The notes under the pieces are model-generated. The model made no database searches and had not been told where the DNA came from. It saw only the letters and a program-made list of their open reading frames with translations. A stretch of DNA of 64,000 bases. Source: Centroscyllium fabricii (Eukaryota). Of this stretch, positions 23,443 through 35,746 are shown piece by piece. Position 1 is the stretch's first letter; each line of letters begins with the position of its first letter. The stretch lies in the NCBI GenBank assembly GCA_051313645.2, contig JBNRSN020000015.1, positions 52,514,001 to 52,578,000 on the forward strand, in the 5' to 3' direction. The position numbers and the translations under genes were made by a program.

Positions 23443-26400
23443 ATGCAGAATGATGATCAACAACAGAGCCACCAGCCAGCAGCACACCAGCCAACACCTT
23501 CAGAATGCTTGAAAACTATCCTTAAACCGAAAACTCTCGACCTCAACCCCCAGGCTCCGAACGCGTCGAACGATTTTGAGCACTGGCTGAGCTGCTTCGA
23601 ATCGTTCCTGGTAATGGCCGAAGTCAGCGATGCGCACAGGAGACAAGTCCTGGTCTCATGCATGAGTGGCAGGGTGTATTCTATTATTAAGAATGCCACT
23701 GACTACGATGCAGCATTGGAGCTGCTGAGTGCTCGATACCTCCAGCCAGTCAACGCCGTCTACGCTCGCCATCTACTCGCCACGTGGAGTCAACAGCATG
23801 GTGAGTCGAATGAAGCGTTTCTGGAGGCTCTTCAAGCTCTCGCTCTGCGCAGCGGATGTGCCCCTGTTAATGCCCAGGAGCACATGGACCTCCTCGTCCG
23901 CGATGCCTACGTGGCAGGAATCAGATCGGCCCCAGCTCGCACCCGCCTGCTCGAGCAGGATAATTTGTCCCTGAATCAGGCGCTGAAGCTCTCCAACGCG
24001 GTGGATGGGGCCCTCCGAAGCCTGGATTCGTACACGGTGTATGGCTCCCACACGGTTTCCCCTGGGCCTTGGGACTCGTGTTCGGCGCCCTCGACGGCGG
24101 CCACGGCGCCATCTGGACAGCCAGCGCCTCTGAAATGCTATTTTTGTGGCCAGAAACGCCATCCACGAAGCTCCTGCCCAGCAAAGTCGTCATCCTGCTC
24201 CAAATGTGGCAAGAAGGGCCACTTTGCGAAGGTCTGCCGATCGGCCCCGGAATCTGCAAGCAAAACAGCAGCAGCCTGCGATGACCATGCCACAGAGTGG
24301 CCTCAGGTACCTGGCGCCCCCCAACAGCGGCCCCCAGAACAATTCCTACTTACCTTGCCTCGGGTGCGGCCTGCTAGCGTCGTTTCCAGCGCTCCGCCAT
24401 CGTTGGGGGCGTGGGCGTCTTTTCCCTCCATCGGATCCCGTGCTGTATTGCCATCTTTGAGGGTGCGGCCTTCTTCTTCATTGGAATGGCGCGAAACGCG
24501 GGCGCGTTGTGCCTCCGGGCAGCAGAGGCCCTGCCCCATCACGTGACGCTGCCATCTTCGTGCAGGACGGCAGTAGCGGACCCACCCCATCACGTGACGC
24601 CGCCATCTTCGTGCAGGACGGCCTGCATCCCGGCAACAGAGGCCCCGCCCCATCACATGATGATGCCATCTTCCTGCATCACGGCTGCAGCGGCCCTGCC
24701 CCATCACGTGACATCACCATCTTTGTATAGGACAGCCCGCATTCCGACTGCAGCGGGCCCGCCCCGTCACGTGATGCCGCCATCTTGGTGTAGGAACAAT
24801 TTAAAAGAACAGGCTCCTGCAGTAACAGGCAACTTCACAGCAACCACTACGATTCTGGCAGCAGCAACAGTCCACTCCAGACCAATTCAGCATTCGGGCG
24901 CACAACTCACCCGACGGGCCGAAACCCCACCGCGGCATGCCGCGTGCGAATCACGGGCGCCGCCATCACCCGCGGACCCAGCTTTGCACAAGGGCCAAAG
25001 CGCGCACACCACACTTGCCTCTACGGCCCCGAACCCGTCTCTTATTTTATCAATGATGCCCGTCCGGGTGGAGGGGCACCTCACCCGCTGTCTGTTCGAC
25101 ACTGGGAGTACGGAGAGCTTCATACACCCTGATACAGTGAGCCGTTATTCCCTCAGGGTTAGGCCCGCACATCGTAAAATCTCCCTCGCCTCTGAGTCCC
25201 AGACTGTGGACGTCATCGGCTGCTGTACAGTCACCATTACTGTGAAGGGGACGACATACCGCAACTTTCCACTGTACGTCCTCCCACAGCTCTGCGCCCC
25301 TGTGTTGCTTGGCCTAGATTTCCAGTGCCACCTGCAGAGCTTGACGATGGCGTACGGCGGTCCCCTGCCTCCTCTCACGGTCAGCAGCCGTGACTGCCCT
25401 GCCTCACAACCACACTCCTCTTGCGGTCTGTCTACCTTGAAGATGGACCCCCCCTCACTGTTCACCAAACTTGACCCTGACTGCAACCCATTGTAACCAA
25501 GAGTCGGCGATACAGCGTGGGGGACCGCACCTTTATTAAGGCAGAGGTTGCTCGGTTGTTGCGGGAGGGCATCATCGAGGCCAGTAACAGCCCGTGGCGG
25601 GCCCAGATGGTAGTGGTTAAGTCGGGCGACAAACAGCGCATGGTCATTGACTATAGTCAGACCATTAACCGCTACACTGGGCTCGACGCTTACCCGCTTC
25701 CTAGGATCAATAACATGGTCAATCAGATTGCCCAGTATAAGGTCTTCTCCACCATCGACCTTAAGTCGGCCTATCACCAGCTCCCCATCAGAGCTGAGGA
25801 CCGTAAATACACTGCCTTCGAGGCAAATGGGCGCCTTTTTCATTTCCTCCGGGTCCCCTTTGGGGTTACCAACGGAGTTTCGGTCTTCCAAAAGGAGATG
25901 GACTGAATGGTTGACCAGTACCATTTGCAGGCCACATTCCCGTATTTGGACAATGTCATGATCTGCAGCTATGACCAGCAAGATCAGGATGCCAATTTGG
26001 ACAGGTTTCTCCGTACGGCCCAGCGTCTGAACCTCACTTACAATGAGGATAAGTGCGTTTTCAACACTAACCGGTTGGCTATCCTCGGCTACATAATTGA
26101 GAACGGGGTCCTCGGCCCTGATCCCGAACGTATGCGCCCCCTTCAGGAGCTGCCCCTGCCGCACTCCCCCAAATCTTTGAGGAGATGCCTGGGGTTTTTC
26201 TCGTATTATGCACAATGGGTTCCCCATTATGCTGATAAGGCCCGGCCTCTCCTCAGAGCTACCTCCTTCCCGCTCCCGTTAGAGGCCCAAATTGCATTTT
26301 CGCATATCAAGCAAGACATCATCAAGGCAACCATGCACGCCATTGATGAGTCTCTTCCCTTCCAGGTCGAAAGCGACGCCTCAGACTTCGCCCTGGCCGC

Positions 26401-27958
26401 CACCCTTAACCAGGCAGGCAGGCCCGTCGCTTTCTTCACCCGTACCCTACAGGGCCTTGAAGTCCGCCACTCTTCAGTGGAAAAAGAGGCCCAAGCAATC
26501 GTGGAAGCAGTGCGCCACTGGCGCCACTATTTGGCCGGTAAACGTTTTACCCTTCTTACTGAGCAGCGGTCAGTAGCATTTATGTTCCACCATAAACAGA
26601 GGGGTAAGATCAAGAATGACAAGATCCTCAGGTGGCGGATCGAACTCTCCGCTTTTGAGTACGACATTCTGTACCGGCCAGGGAAGCTTAACGATCCCCC
26701 GGACGCCCTGTCCCGAGGATCGTGTGCCAGCGCCCAGTCGGGTAGTCTGAACACCCTCCACGCTAATCTCTGCCACCCGAGGGTCACCAGGCTCGCTCAC
26801 TTCGTCAAATTATGCAATCTCCCTTATTCCATTGCGGAGATCAAGGCGATGACGCAGGAGTGCCCTGTCTGTGCTGAGTGCAAGCCCCAGTTTTACAGGC
26901 CTGACAGGGTGCACCTCATCAAGGCCACCCGCCCATTCGAGCGCCTGAGTGTGGACTTCAAAGGTCCCCTCCCCTCTACCAACCGTAACTCGTACATTCT
27001 CACTGTGGTCGATGAGTTCTCCCGTTTCCCTTTTGCATTCCCATGCCCAGATATGACGAGTGCAACAGTGATAAAGCATCTTATCACGCTATTCGCCATT
27101 TTCGGCCTTCCCGGCTTCATACACAGCGACCGGGGGTCCTCATTTATGAGTGACGAACTGCGTCATTTTCTGCTCGTGAGGGGGGTTGCCTCGAGCAGAA
27201 CGACCAGTTACAACCCCCGGGGGAACGGTCAGGTAGAACGTTATAATGGGACCATCTGGAAGGCCATCACCCTGGCTCTTCGATCCAGAGGCCTTCCAAC
27301 CTCCCACTGGCAGGAGGTACTCCAGGATGCACTCCACGCTACCCGTTCCCTCTTGTGTACAGCCACCGGTTGCACGCCTCACGAGAAACTCTTCTCTTTC
27401 CCCAGGAAATCGACTTCGGGGACGTCTCTGCCGACATGGCTTACCAACCCGGGGCCGGTTCTGCTTATGAGGCACGTCCGTGGACACAAGACAGACCCTC
27501 TTGTTGAACGTGTGCACCTGCTGCATGCCAACCCTCAGTATGCTTACGTGGAGTACCCAGACGGGCGTGAGGACACCGTCTCGATTAGAGACCTTGCGCC
27601 CGCTGGAGACGTTCACTTACAGTTGTTGGCGGAGCCCTTGCCCTCCCAGGTCACATTTTCGCAACAGGGGCCGTCTTCTCGTTCACCTGCGCACACTACA
27701 TCGGGGCCCTCATCACCCACAATGCACGACGGAGCTCATCACGTTGCTCAGCCTACCCTTCCGGCGGCTGCTACACCTCCACCAGATCTTCCTGCGCCTG
27801 AGGTACCTCTTCCACCGGTGGAGTCCCTGTTCACGTCGGAAGCTCCGTCGGCACCTTTTCCGATTGAGACTGCTCCCGCCTATTCGCAAGAGCCGCCACT
27901 GCCTCGCAGGTCTGTTCAGACTGTTCGACCTCCTCAAAGACTGATAACACAGTGCTGA
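23443..27958 (+). pseudogene. gag-pol: gag-pol of G4, about two frameshifts and one premature stop
   Basis: ORFs 23392-24546 (two zinc knuckles), 24411-25496 (LFDTGS), 25517-25906, 25907-27958 (YLDN, ESDASD, HSDRGS). Confidence 0.93.
24525..24790 (+). repeat. Five tandem ~48-60 bp units in the G4 gag-pro linker
   Basis: Unit core GGCCC(T/C)GCCCCATCACGTGACGCCGCCATCTT recurs five times with variants. Confidence 0.9.
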
Positions 27959-29100
27959 TATTCGCCCCGCGTGACTTGTTTTTGAGAACGGGGTGAATAT
28001 GATGAACCATTCGGGGTGGTTCACACTGTGCTATTATTGTATATAGTTTGTGTTAATAAATCTGTACCTTTCTGTAAGGACCTGGACCTGGACCGGCTGA
28101 CCCCGCCTCTGAGTATGGGTATAAACGAGAATGCTCCGCCCACCTGGCTCTCATTCCGGGCGGACTCATCGCAGACCAGGTTCAGTTCTTTGTGAATAAA
28201 AGCCTTCAATTACTTTTCACCAATGACTGGCGTGATTGATTTGCGCATCACCTACCGAGCTCCTTCGGGCTAAAATTGTCTTTGTGCGTCGCGATGCTCC
28301 CAGAACCCCCTTGCAGGCGCCATACACTGGTCCTTACTGGGTGCTGGAGGTTGGCAACAAAGCTTTTCTCTTGGAGGTCAGGGGTCGACAGGACTGCATG
28401 TCTATTGATCGTCTTAAGCAGACCCAGTTCAACCCCACCTTACAGGAACAATCTTCCCCAGCTCTGCGCCAGGAGCCCTTCTTTGTTCCGAGCGTACCCG
28501 CGGCAGGTCCCACAGTCTTTACGCCTTCGGGTACGGCTCCAGTTGCAGTTTCACCCCTTGTTTCACCTCCTTTCATGCCTGTGGCGCAGTTACACCCTAG
28601 TCCAGTACACGGCTCTGCGGTGTCCTCTCCTGCACCGGCGGCCTATCGCACTCACAGCGGCCGCCTCATCAAACCTCCTCGGAGGTTGACGTACCATGTG
28701 TATGAGGATTCTGAGGGGTGTGTGTAGCATAGCCACTCAAGAGAGTCATCCAATCTCTCTAGAACCTGAGAATCCACCTTACCCGAGCGGGCCCTCCCCT
28801 GTTTCCCTATTGGTCAGGTTGTGTCAACGGTTATGGTCCCTCATTGGTCCATAGGGCTGTCACTCAAGAGCCCCCACAGTGCTTTGCGTTTTCGCACCGT
28901 TTTCTCTCAGTTGTGCGTTGTTGTACTTCAATAAAGACTTATTGGATTTTGCTCCGCTGCTTTCCTCCGTTTCTCGATTATTTAAGAGTGGGAAACTTAG
29001 GTTCCCCACAATTGCACCACTCACAGGAGCACATAGTCTCTATGGAGAATAAATGGCTATCTACGGAGCATAGATGGCAGAGGCTCATAGACCTTCTGTG

Positions 29101-29519
29101 TAGAAACATAGAAACTAGGAGCAGGAGTAGGCCATTGGGCCCTTCGAGCCTGCTCCGCCATTCAATGAGATCATGGCTGATCATCCAAACCCAGTACCCT
29201 GCCCCTGCCCTCTCCCCATATCCCTTTCGAACCTGCACGGACACATATCCCACCCTATCCCCGTAACCCCACATATTCCACCCTATCCCCGTAACCCCAC
29301 ATATTCAATCCCCCTAACACTAAGGGTCAATTTATCCTGGCCAATCAACCTAACCCGCACATCTTTGGACTGTGGGAGGAAACCGGAGCACCCAGAGGAA
29401 ACCCACGCAGACACGGGGAGAATGTGCAAATTCCACACAGATAGTCACCCGAGGCCGGATTTGAACCTGGGTCTCCAGTGCTGTGAGACAACAGTGCTAA
29501 CCACTGTGCCACCGCGCCC
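29101..29519 (-). mobile_element. tRNA-derived V-SINE (HE1-like) with CR1-type tail
   Basis: A box TGGCACAGTGG, B box GGTTCAAATCC, V-domain TTCTCCCCGTGTCTGCGTGGGTTTCC, tail GGCCTACTCCTGCTCC-(TTTCTATG)n. Confidence 0.9.
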
Positions 29520-29775
29520 CCCATATGGGGGGATGTCAGCATAGATGTCGGTCTTCATGGCCCCACTGATGTGTAGCAAGGTGCTCTCCAGCTCCTTGTT
29601 AGCAGGGATGTGCAGGTGGCTAATGAGAGTGATGACAGTGAGAGGGGAGAGGGAAGTGTGGGGTCCTCTCAAAGCACTTACACTTCTGTCCCGTTGCCAC
29701 CCCCTCAATCAGAACCCCAGATGGCTTCTTGGATCGCGATGGCCAAGTCTGACCCTGCACACTCACAGGAGGAGC

Positions 29776-30607
29776 TGTAACGGAGGGGTGTGGGGCCCAA
29801 ATGCAAAGACACTGATAAAACTGTCTAGGTCTTAAATCCTTTAATACCAAACAGTAATGAAAAAACATACATGCATACATTCAAGAAGTTACAAAACATA
29901 ATTAAATGACATACAAAGTTAGAAACAGAAAACAAGTTCATTTCCGAACTGGTACAAACTTCCCTTGGTGCATGGAACGATACGCAGCCAAGCGCATCAT
30001 AGTGTTGTGAATTACATGTCCAACCCTGACAACAGGTGGTGTAGAGAAAATGTCCAGGAAGTTGAATTAGGAATACTTCCGAGTCCGCCCTACGGTCGAA
30101 ACTCACTCCAACGGAGTCTTCAGAGGAAGAATACCTTATCTACTTAGCAGGGGAACGCCCTTACTTAACTAATGGAATGTCCAAACCTGAGCCCAGGTGG
30201 CAGAACGCAATGTCCAGAATGTAGACAATCGTAGTTCTCCGAAGTCCGCTCCACAGCTAAGACTTTACTCTACCCGAGTTTCCAGAAGAGAATAACATCA
30301 TCTACAAGGCAGGGGAACGCCCAAACCCATTGCCTCTCCAGCAGCTCAGACAGCAACCACTTCTTCCAATGGTTCGTAGTAAGTAGAGTCTAATCTAATG
30401 ATCCGGCACCTGCCTGGTCCAAGCACCCAGCTTATAAGCCAAACAGGCAAACCAGATTATTTAGTGTTAGCCAATAAGCTGCAGGTATTGATAACCAGGA
30501 ACACACAGGTATGTGAAACAGTTAATTGAGATACTATGAACAAGAATAGAGAAACAAAACCTAGAATTCCAAAATGGATTCCTTAAAGGGGAATGCCATA
30601 TGTGACA
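29776..30607 (-). mobile_element. Solo LTR (832 bp) of an unrelated family
   Basis: TGTAAC...GTGACA ends; TSD GGAGC at 29771-29775 and 30608-30612; host Myb exon rejoins across it; strand inferred from TATA-like and ATTAAA motifs. Confidence 0.75.
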
Positions 30608-31832
30608 GGAGCAGACTTTGGCAGGGCCCTGACAGGCTCCAATACCCAGAGGATGTCCACCAAAAGCGCCTAAGCAGTTGCTGCAGGGAAGTGAGCAAGG
30701 TGCCTCTACATTTGCTGAAGTCACAGAGGTAGTACCTCTTAGAAGCATGCAGAAGAGAAAGTTGACATACAAGCAGATTCACATGGGTAGCCACTTGGGT
30801 GTTTTATTCAATGTTAATGTCAAATTTCCATTAATGTATTGTCAACCATAAAAATCTTTATCTTCACCACTTTCTCATCTTGAGCACATATGTGTGCACC
30901 TTTGGAAGTGGCTTAGTGAGTTTCAGTGAATGGTGAGAGATAATGGAACCTCCAGCAATGGTGGTCAGTGTGAAAGGAATGGCTTGGTCATTATAGGGGT
31001 TCTTTATGGTGTTGCTGTGGGGTGGTGCCAACCTGTCACAGCATGCAGCAGCCATATGTATGTACTGCATAAAGTTAAGAAAATCTGGATATGATGAGGC
31101 CATCCCTGGCTTCCCGGGCAGCAATTTAGTCGGGTGCTGATGCCCTCTGTCCTTTGCAGCATCAGGTGGTTGTGGAGAAGGTTGGTGTTGTTGTTGTTGG
31201 TGCTGCTGGTGTGCCTGGTGCTGTTGCTGTTGGAGCTCATTGTGGTAAGTTTCTGATGACCAAGGTGAGACAGTATACATGGCACCTATGCTAATAGAAT
31301 AGATGGCAGGTCAAGTAGAGTTGACAGAAGCAATCTGTCAATGGTGAGAGAGGTTATTCCAATGAGGTGACACTGGCTGGAGACTTTGCTGGAAACACTT
31401 GCAGGCTGCAGAAAGATAAACCTGTGCTGGCAATGTAATTAGCAGCAGTTTCTGCCTGAGGAAAGTGCGGTCATAGCTTTCATAGTACATTTGATGCTGT
31501 CAAATGATCAGCTGGATCAATGGCCACTCAACTCCCGCCTCAGGTTGACAGTTATGGTTCCTGAGCTGTGTGAATCCCATGGCCATGCAGGGATATGTCA
31601 AAGGTAGGGGAGAAAGGCTCTTAAGTGTCTGACAACAAGCTGATAATAATTTCAACTAGGTTGCCCGCCTCTGCTGGTCGGGTCACTGCTGCATCGGCAA
31701 ATGCGTCCAAAGGAAAGACGCGATGACAGTGGGTTTCCGTCCCGCTCCTACTTTTTTTAAATTTCCCACCTGATCCACCTCCGATCGCGCCCCCGATCGC
31801 GCCCACACAGACCCCAGAAATGTCAGGCCTTT

Positions 31833-32229
31833 GTCTCTCTGTCTCTCTCTCTTGCTCTTTGTCCCTCACTCTCCATCTCATGCTCCGTCTCTCTCTCTCT
31901 CTGTCTCTCTCTCTTTCGCTCTCTGTCCCCCAGTCTCTCTTTCTCCCTCAATCTATCGCTCTCTTGCTCTCCATCTCGGTCTCTCTCTCTCACTCTCTGT
32001 CTCTCTCTCTCGCTCTGTCCCTTAGTCTCTCTCTCTCCCTCAGTCTATCTCTCACTCTCTGTCCACCTCTCTGTCTCTCTCTCTCACTCTCTGTCTTTCT
32101 GGTCTCTCTCGCTCTCTCTGTCCCTCAGTCTCTCTCCCTTGCTCTCTGTCTTGCACTCTCTGTCTCTCTTTAGCTCTCTGTCCCTCAGTCTCTCTATCTC
32201 TCACTCTCTGTCTCTCACTCTCTTTCTCT
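31833..32229. repeat. Degenerate (CT)n microsatellite
   Basis: Near-continuous TC dinucleotides with TCCCTCAGTC interruptions. Confidence 0.95.
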
Positions 32230-32439
32230 AGAGATTCAAGGCAGCTCACTGCCTAGGTGTAAGCTTTTTCTCTAATACCCTTTCTAATCACTGCTACATG
32301 ATAATCAGCATCCTGCTCCAGCCCCAACTTTCCTTTGTTTCCCAGACTTTACAGAAACTTTATTACATGAAGAAAGACCAAATTAGCCCTTAACCGTCTA
32401 AATTCTAGGGAATACAACCGTAGTTTGCGTAAAAGAAAA

Positions 32440-32692
32440 AGAGAAAGAGAAAGAAAGATCATCAGCCTTCCAGCACCTGCAGTATTTTCTTTTTTATTAG
32501 TGTTTAATTCACTGCCACCTCTCTTCTAGGAATGCCCACCTTGAAGAAGTTCTGCTGTCCGTCTCCGCAGCATCTGTTCTGACGATGCCACCTTCTGACG
32601 AAAGGTAATTGATCTGAAACGTTAACTGTTTCTCTCTTCACAGATGCTGCCTGACCTGCTGAGTTTCTCCAGCATTTTCTGTTTTTATTTCA
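32440..32692 (+). mobile_element. Rearranged Penelope-like terminal fragments including a minimal hammerhead core (32595-32623)
   Basis: Reverse complement of the 40040-40230 type sequence; CTGACGA-A-AGGT..ATCT-GAAAC-GTT. Confidence 0.7.
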
Positions 32693-33765
32693 TAGCTTGC
32701 GTAATCTCTCCTCATAATTTAACCCTTGGAGTCCAAGTATCATTCTGGTAAATCTACGCTGCACTCCCTCCAAGGCTAATATATCTTTCAAAGGTGTGGT
32801 GCCCAGAACTGCTCAAAGTATTCCAGGTGTGGTCTAAGCAGGGTTTTGTACAGCTGTAGCATAACCTCTACCCCCTTGTATTCTCGTTCTCTAAATATAA
32901 AGGCCAGCATTCCATTAGTCTTTTTGATTATTTTCTGTACCTGTCCATGACATTTTAATGATCTATGTACCTGGACCCCCAAGTCTCTTTGGACATCCAC
33001 CATTTCTAGCTTTTCACCATTTACTCTTTTCTATCCTTTTTAGGTCCAAAGTAGATAACCTCACATTTGCCTACATTGAAATCCATTTGCCACAGTTTTG
33101 CCGATTCACTTCATCTATTAATATCTGTTTGTAATTTTATGCCTCCATTGACAATGCTTACAATGCCGTCGATCTGTGTGTCATCGGCAAACTTGGATAT
33201 GTGGCTTTCTATCCTATCATCTAAGTTGTTAATAAATATGGTGAATAGTTAAGGCCCCATCAGAGATCTCTGCAGGACATCACTAGTCACATCCGGCCAA
33301 TTACAGTAGCTGGCCTTTATCCCTACTCTCTGTCTCCTGCCGCTCAGCCAATTTCCCAACCAGGTCAATGATTTGCCTTCAATTCAATGAGCTTCAACTT
33401 TAGCTGACTTTCTCTGATGAGGGACTTTATCAAATGCCTTTTGGAAGTCCATATAAATAACATCCACTACTACTTTAGTCGCCTCTTCAAAAAGTTCAAT
33501 CAGGTTTGTCAGGCATGAATGACCCTTAACAAATCCATGCAGGCTCTCTCTGATCAACTGAAAATGTTTAAGCTGCTCAGTCACTCCATCCTTAAATATA
33601 GGCTCTAGTAATTTTCCAACAACAGATGTTAGGCTAACTGATCTATAATTCCCTGGTTTCCGTCTCTCACCTTTCTTGAATAGCGGAGTGACACACACAA
33701 TTTTCCAATCTAAAAGTTCCTGAATCGAGAGAACTTTGGGAGATTATAGTTAAGGCATCTGCAAT
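32693..33765 (-). mobile_element. CR1 LINE ORF2 (RT) fragment
   Basis: PLFKKG.R..PGNYRSVSLTSVVGKLLE, YMDFQKAFDKVPH, KFADD, RPHLEY..QFW.P. Confidence 0.9.
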
Positions 33766-35746
33766 AGGGCATCACCATAAGTCTGGTTAATATTTATTGT
33801 TGGGAACCTGCTTAACAAACAAAAGCTTACAGGGGTTAAATGGGTTAATCGCCAAAAATGAGCATCGGGATGCGATTAACACATGCAGGCAGCACTTTAA
33901 ATTCGTGCTGCCTGCCATTTTAAATGATTGCTGTGTGCAATTGGCTGCCTGCATCAGCAAGTGGCCCAATATCCTGAGTGGCTAAAGCTACTTAAAGGCA
34001 GCCTTAAAGGGGAGGTGCATTGTGGCTGCAAGAAGTGGTGGGAGATTTTGAAAAGTGAATCTGGCCTGTGATACTTTGAGGAACAGCTGAACATATGAGA
34101 GAGCGAGCACCAAGGTTTTCAGACAATGCACTGGAATAAAAGCAGAAAATGCTGGAGAAACTCAGCAGGTCAGGCAGCATCTGTGAAGAGAGAAACAGAA
34201 TTAACATTTCAGGTTGATGACCTTTTGTCAGAACTAGAAAAAAGCAGGAAATGGAAAAGAATTTTAAGCAAGTGAAGAGGCTGGGAAATGGGGGAGGGGA
34301 TGAAAGAACAAAAGGGAAGGTCTGTGATAGAATGGAAGACAGAAGAGATTAAGAGGCATTAAGAGATATTCAAGGCAAAAGGAGATGGTAATGGACAGGT
34401 TAAGAAACAAAGGATGGCTCTAGATGAAGTGTAAATTGTGCTGGCAGAATAAAAGACAGCTGCCATGTGGGGGAGAAGAAAAAAAGACTGACAAAAAGTG
34501 TGGATAAGAAATATATATATATATATATATATATATGATAGGGGCTGAGGTTATGATCTGGAATTGTTGAACTCTATGTTGAGTCCGGAAGGCTGTAAAG
34601 TGCCTAATCGAAAGATGAGGTGCTGTTCCTCGAGCTTATGCTGAGCTTCTGTGGAACAATGCAAGAGGCCGAGGACGGTGAGGTCTGAGTGGGAATGGAA
34701 TGGTGAATTAAAATGACAGGCGACCAGAAGCTCGGGGTCCCCATTACGGACTGAATGGAGGTGTTCCTCAAAGCAGTTACCCACTCTGCATTTGGTCTCC
34801 CCACCTGTTTCCCCTGGAAGGGGTGTTTGGGGCCTTTGACAGTTGATAAGGGGGAGGTATAAGGGCAAGTCAAGGGCCATGTCAACCACTGTAGAGGGGA
34901 ATCCTCGGTTGAGGAAAAAGGAAGACATGTCGGAAGCACTTGTATGGAAGGTGGCATCGTCAGAACAGATGCGGCGGAGACGGAGATAATGGAAGAATGG
35001 AATAGTGTCCTTACAGGAGGCGGGGTGGAAGGAAGTGTAGTCCAGGTAGCTGTGGGAGTCAGTGGGCTTGTAGTGAATGTTTTTCAATAGGCTATCCCCA
35101 GAGATGGAGACGGAGAAGTCGAGGAAGGGAAGGGAAGATTTGAAGATAGACCATGTGAAGGCAAGGGAAGGGTGGAAATTGGAAGAAAAGTGAATGAAGT
35201 TGTCTGGTGCAGGGCGAGAGCAGGAAATGGCACTGATACAGTCATCAATGTACCAGAAAAAGAGGTGAGGGAGGGGACTCGAGTAGGACTGGAACAAAGA
35301 GTTTTCCACATATCCCATGTAAAGGCAGGCATAGCTAGGACCCATGCCAGTTCCCATAGCAACACCTCTGATTTGGAGGCAGTGAGTGGAGTCAAAGGAG
35401 AAGTTGTTCAATGTGAGAACAAGTTCAGCCAGGCGGAGGAGGGTGATGCTGGAAGGGGACTGGTTGGGCCTCTGTTCAAGGAAGAATCAGATTGCCCTCA
35501 GGCCATCCTGGTGGTGGATGGAGGTGTAGAGGGATTGTACTTCCATAGTGAAAAGGAGGCGGTTGGGGCCAGAAAACCGAAAACTGTTAAAGTGGCGGAG
35601 TGCGTTGGAAGAGTCGTGGATGTAGGTGGGAAGAGACTGGACAAGGGGAGTAAAAATGGAGTCGAGATAGGAAGAGATAAGTTCCATGGGGCAAGAACAG
35701 GCTGAAATGATGGGTCTACCAGGGCAGTCCTGTTTGTGGATCTTCA

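Larger units (their letters stand above)
23167..28250 (+). mobile_element. Full-length Ty3/Gypsy element G4 nested in the integrase of E
   Basis: 253-bp LTRs 23167-23419 and 27998-28250 (7 differences seen); TSD CCTAC at 23162-23166 and 28251-28255; PPT GAGAACGGGGTGAA. Confidence 0.96.
19668..28727 (+). pseudogene. gag-pol: gag-pol of element E, multiple stops and frameshifts, interrupted at 20436 and 23167
   Basis: ORFs 19668-19925, 19922-20437, 20597-21403, 21407-22615, 22727-23215, 28236-28727 (HVDLVGPLP, TSDRGPQF, SNGICERFHR, PYTGPY). Confidence 0.9.
19366..29010 (+). mobile_element. CsRn1/Kabuki-like Ty3/Gypsy LTR retrotransposon E, full span, degraded
   Basis: 288-bp LTRs 19366-19653 and 28723-29010 (~20 differences by eye); 4-bp TSD ATTG; tRNA-Trp PBS; RT motifs GIIRPSNSPWSSPLH, WRPCGDYRRLN, KIDLVRGYHQ. 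Confidence 0.92.
18076..30770 (+). pseudogene. Harbinger Myb/SANT-like DNA-binding gene, three exons, exon 3 split by LTR elements and a SINE
   Basis: MTAQRQRAASRFSDDSLHMLVEG...LFPSNGRK...AWLQIAEEI; donor AAG|GTGAGT at ~18247; acceptors TTTCAG|GAGAAG and CCACAG|GT. Confidence 0.75.
17784..31829. mobile_element. Degraded PIF/Harbinger element H1 (Myb gene +, transposase remnant -), expanded by nested insertions
   Basis: TIR-like ends AGCTGGAATTTTCTG / CAGAAATGTCAGGCC; Myb exons from 18076; poly-Q transposase remnant ~30960-31290 on minus; same layout as H3 and H5. Confidence 0.7.

Noticed and set aside
25145-26227. 360-aa antisense ORF, and similar antisense ORFs over pol in G1-G3
   Set aside because: Shadow frames of GC-rich RT/RNase H coding sequence; lengths and starts are not conserved among the elements.
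29011-29014. ATTG after the E 3' LTR resembling the start of a second PBS
   Set aside because: It is the 4-bp TSD matching 19362-19365; the following bases are host Myb sequence.
29440-29519. tRNA genes at SINE heads (also 37092 and 44196)
   Set aside because: A/B boxes continue into V-domain and CR1 tail; no complete cloverleaf evident.
31820-32249. Leu/Ser- or Glu/Arg-rich ORFs
   Set aside because: Translations of a (CT)n microsatellite.
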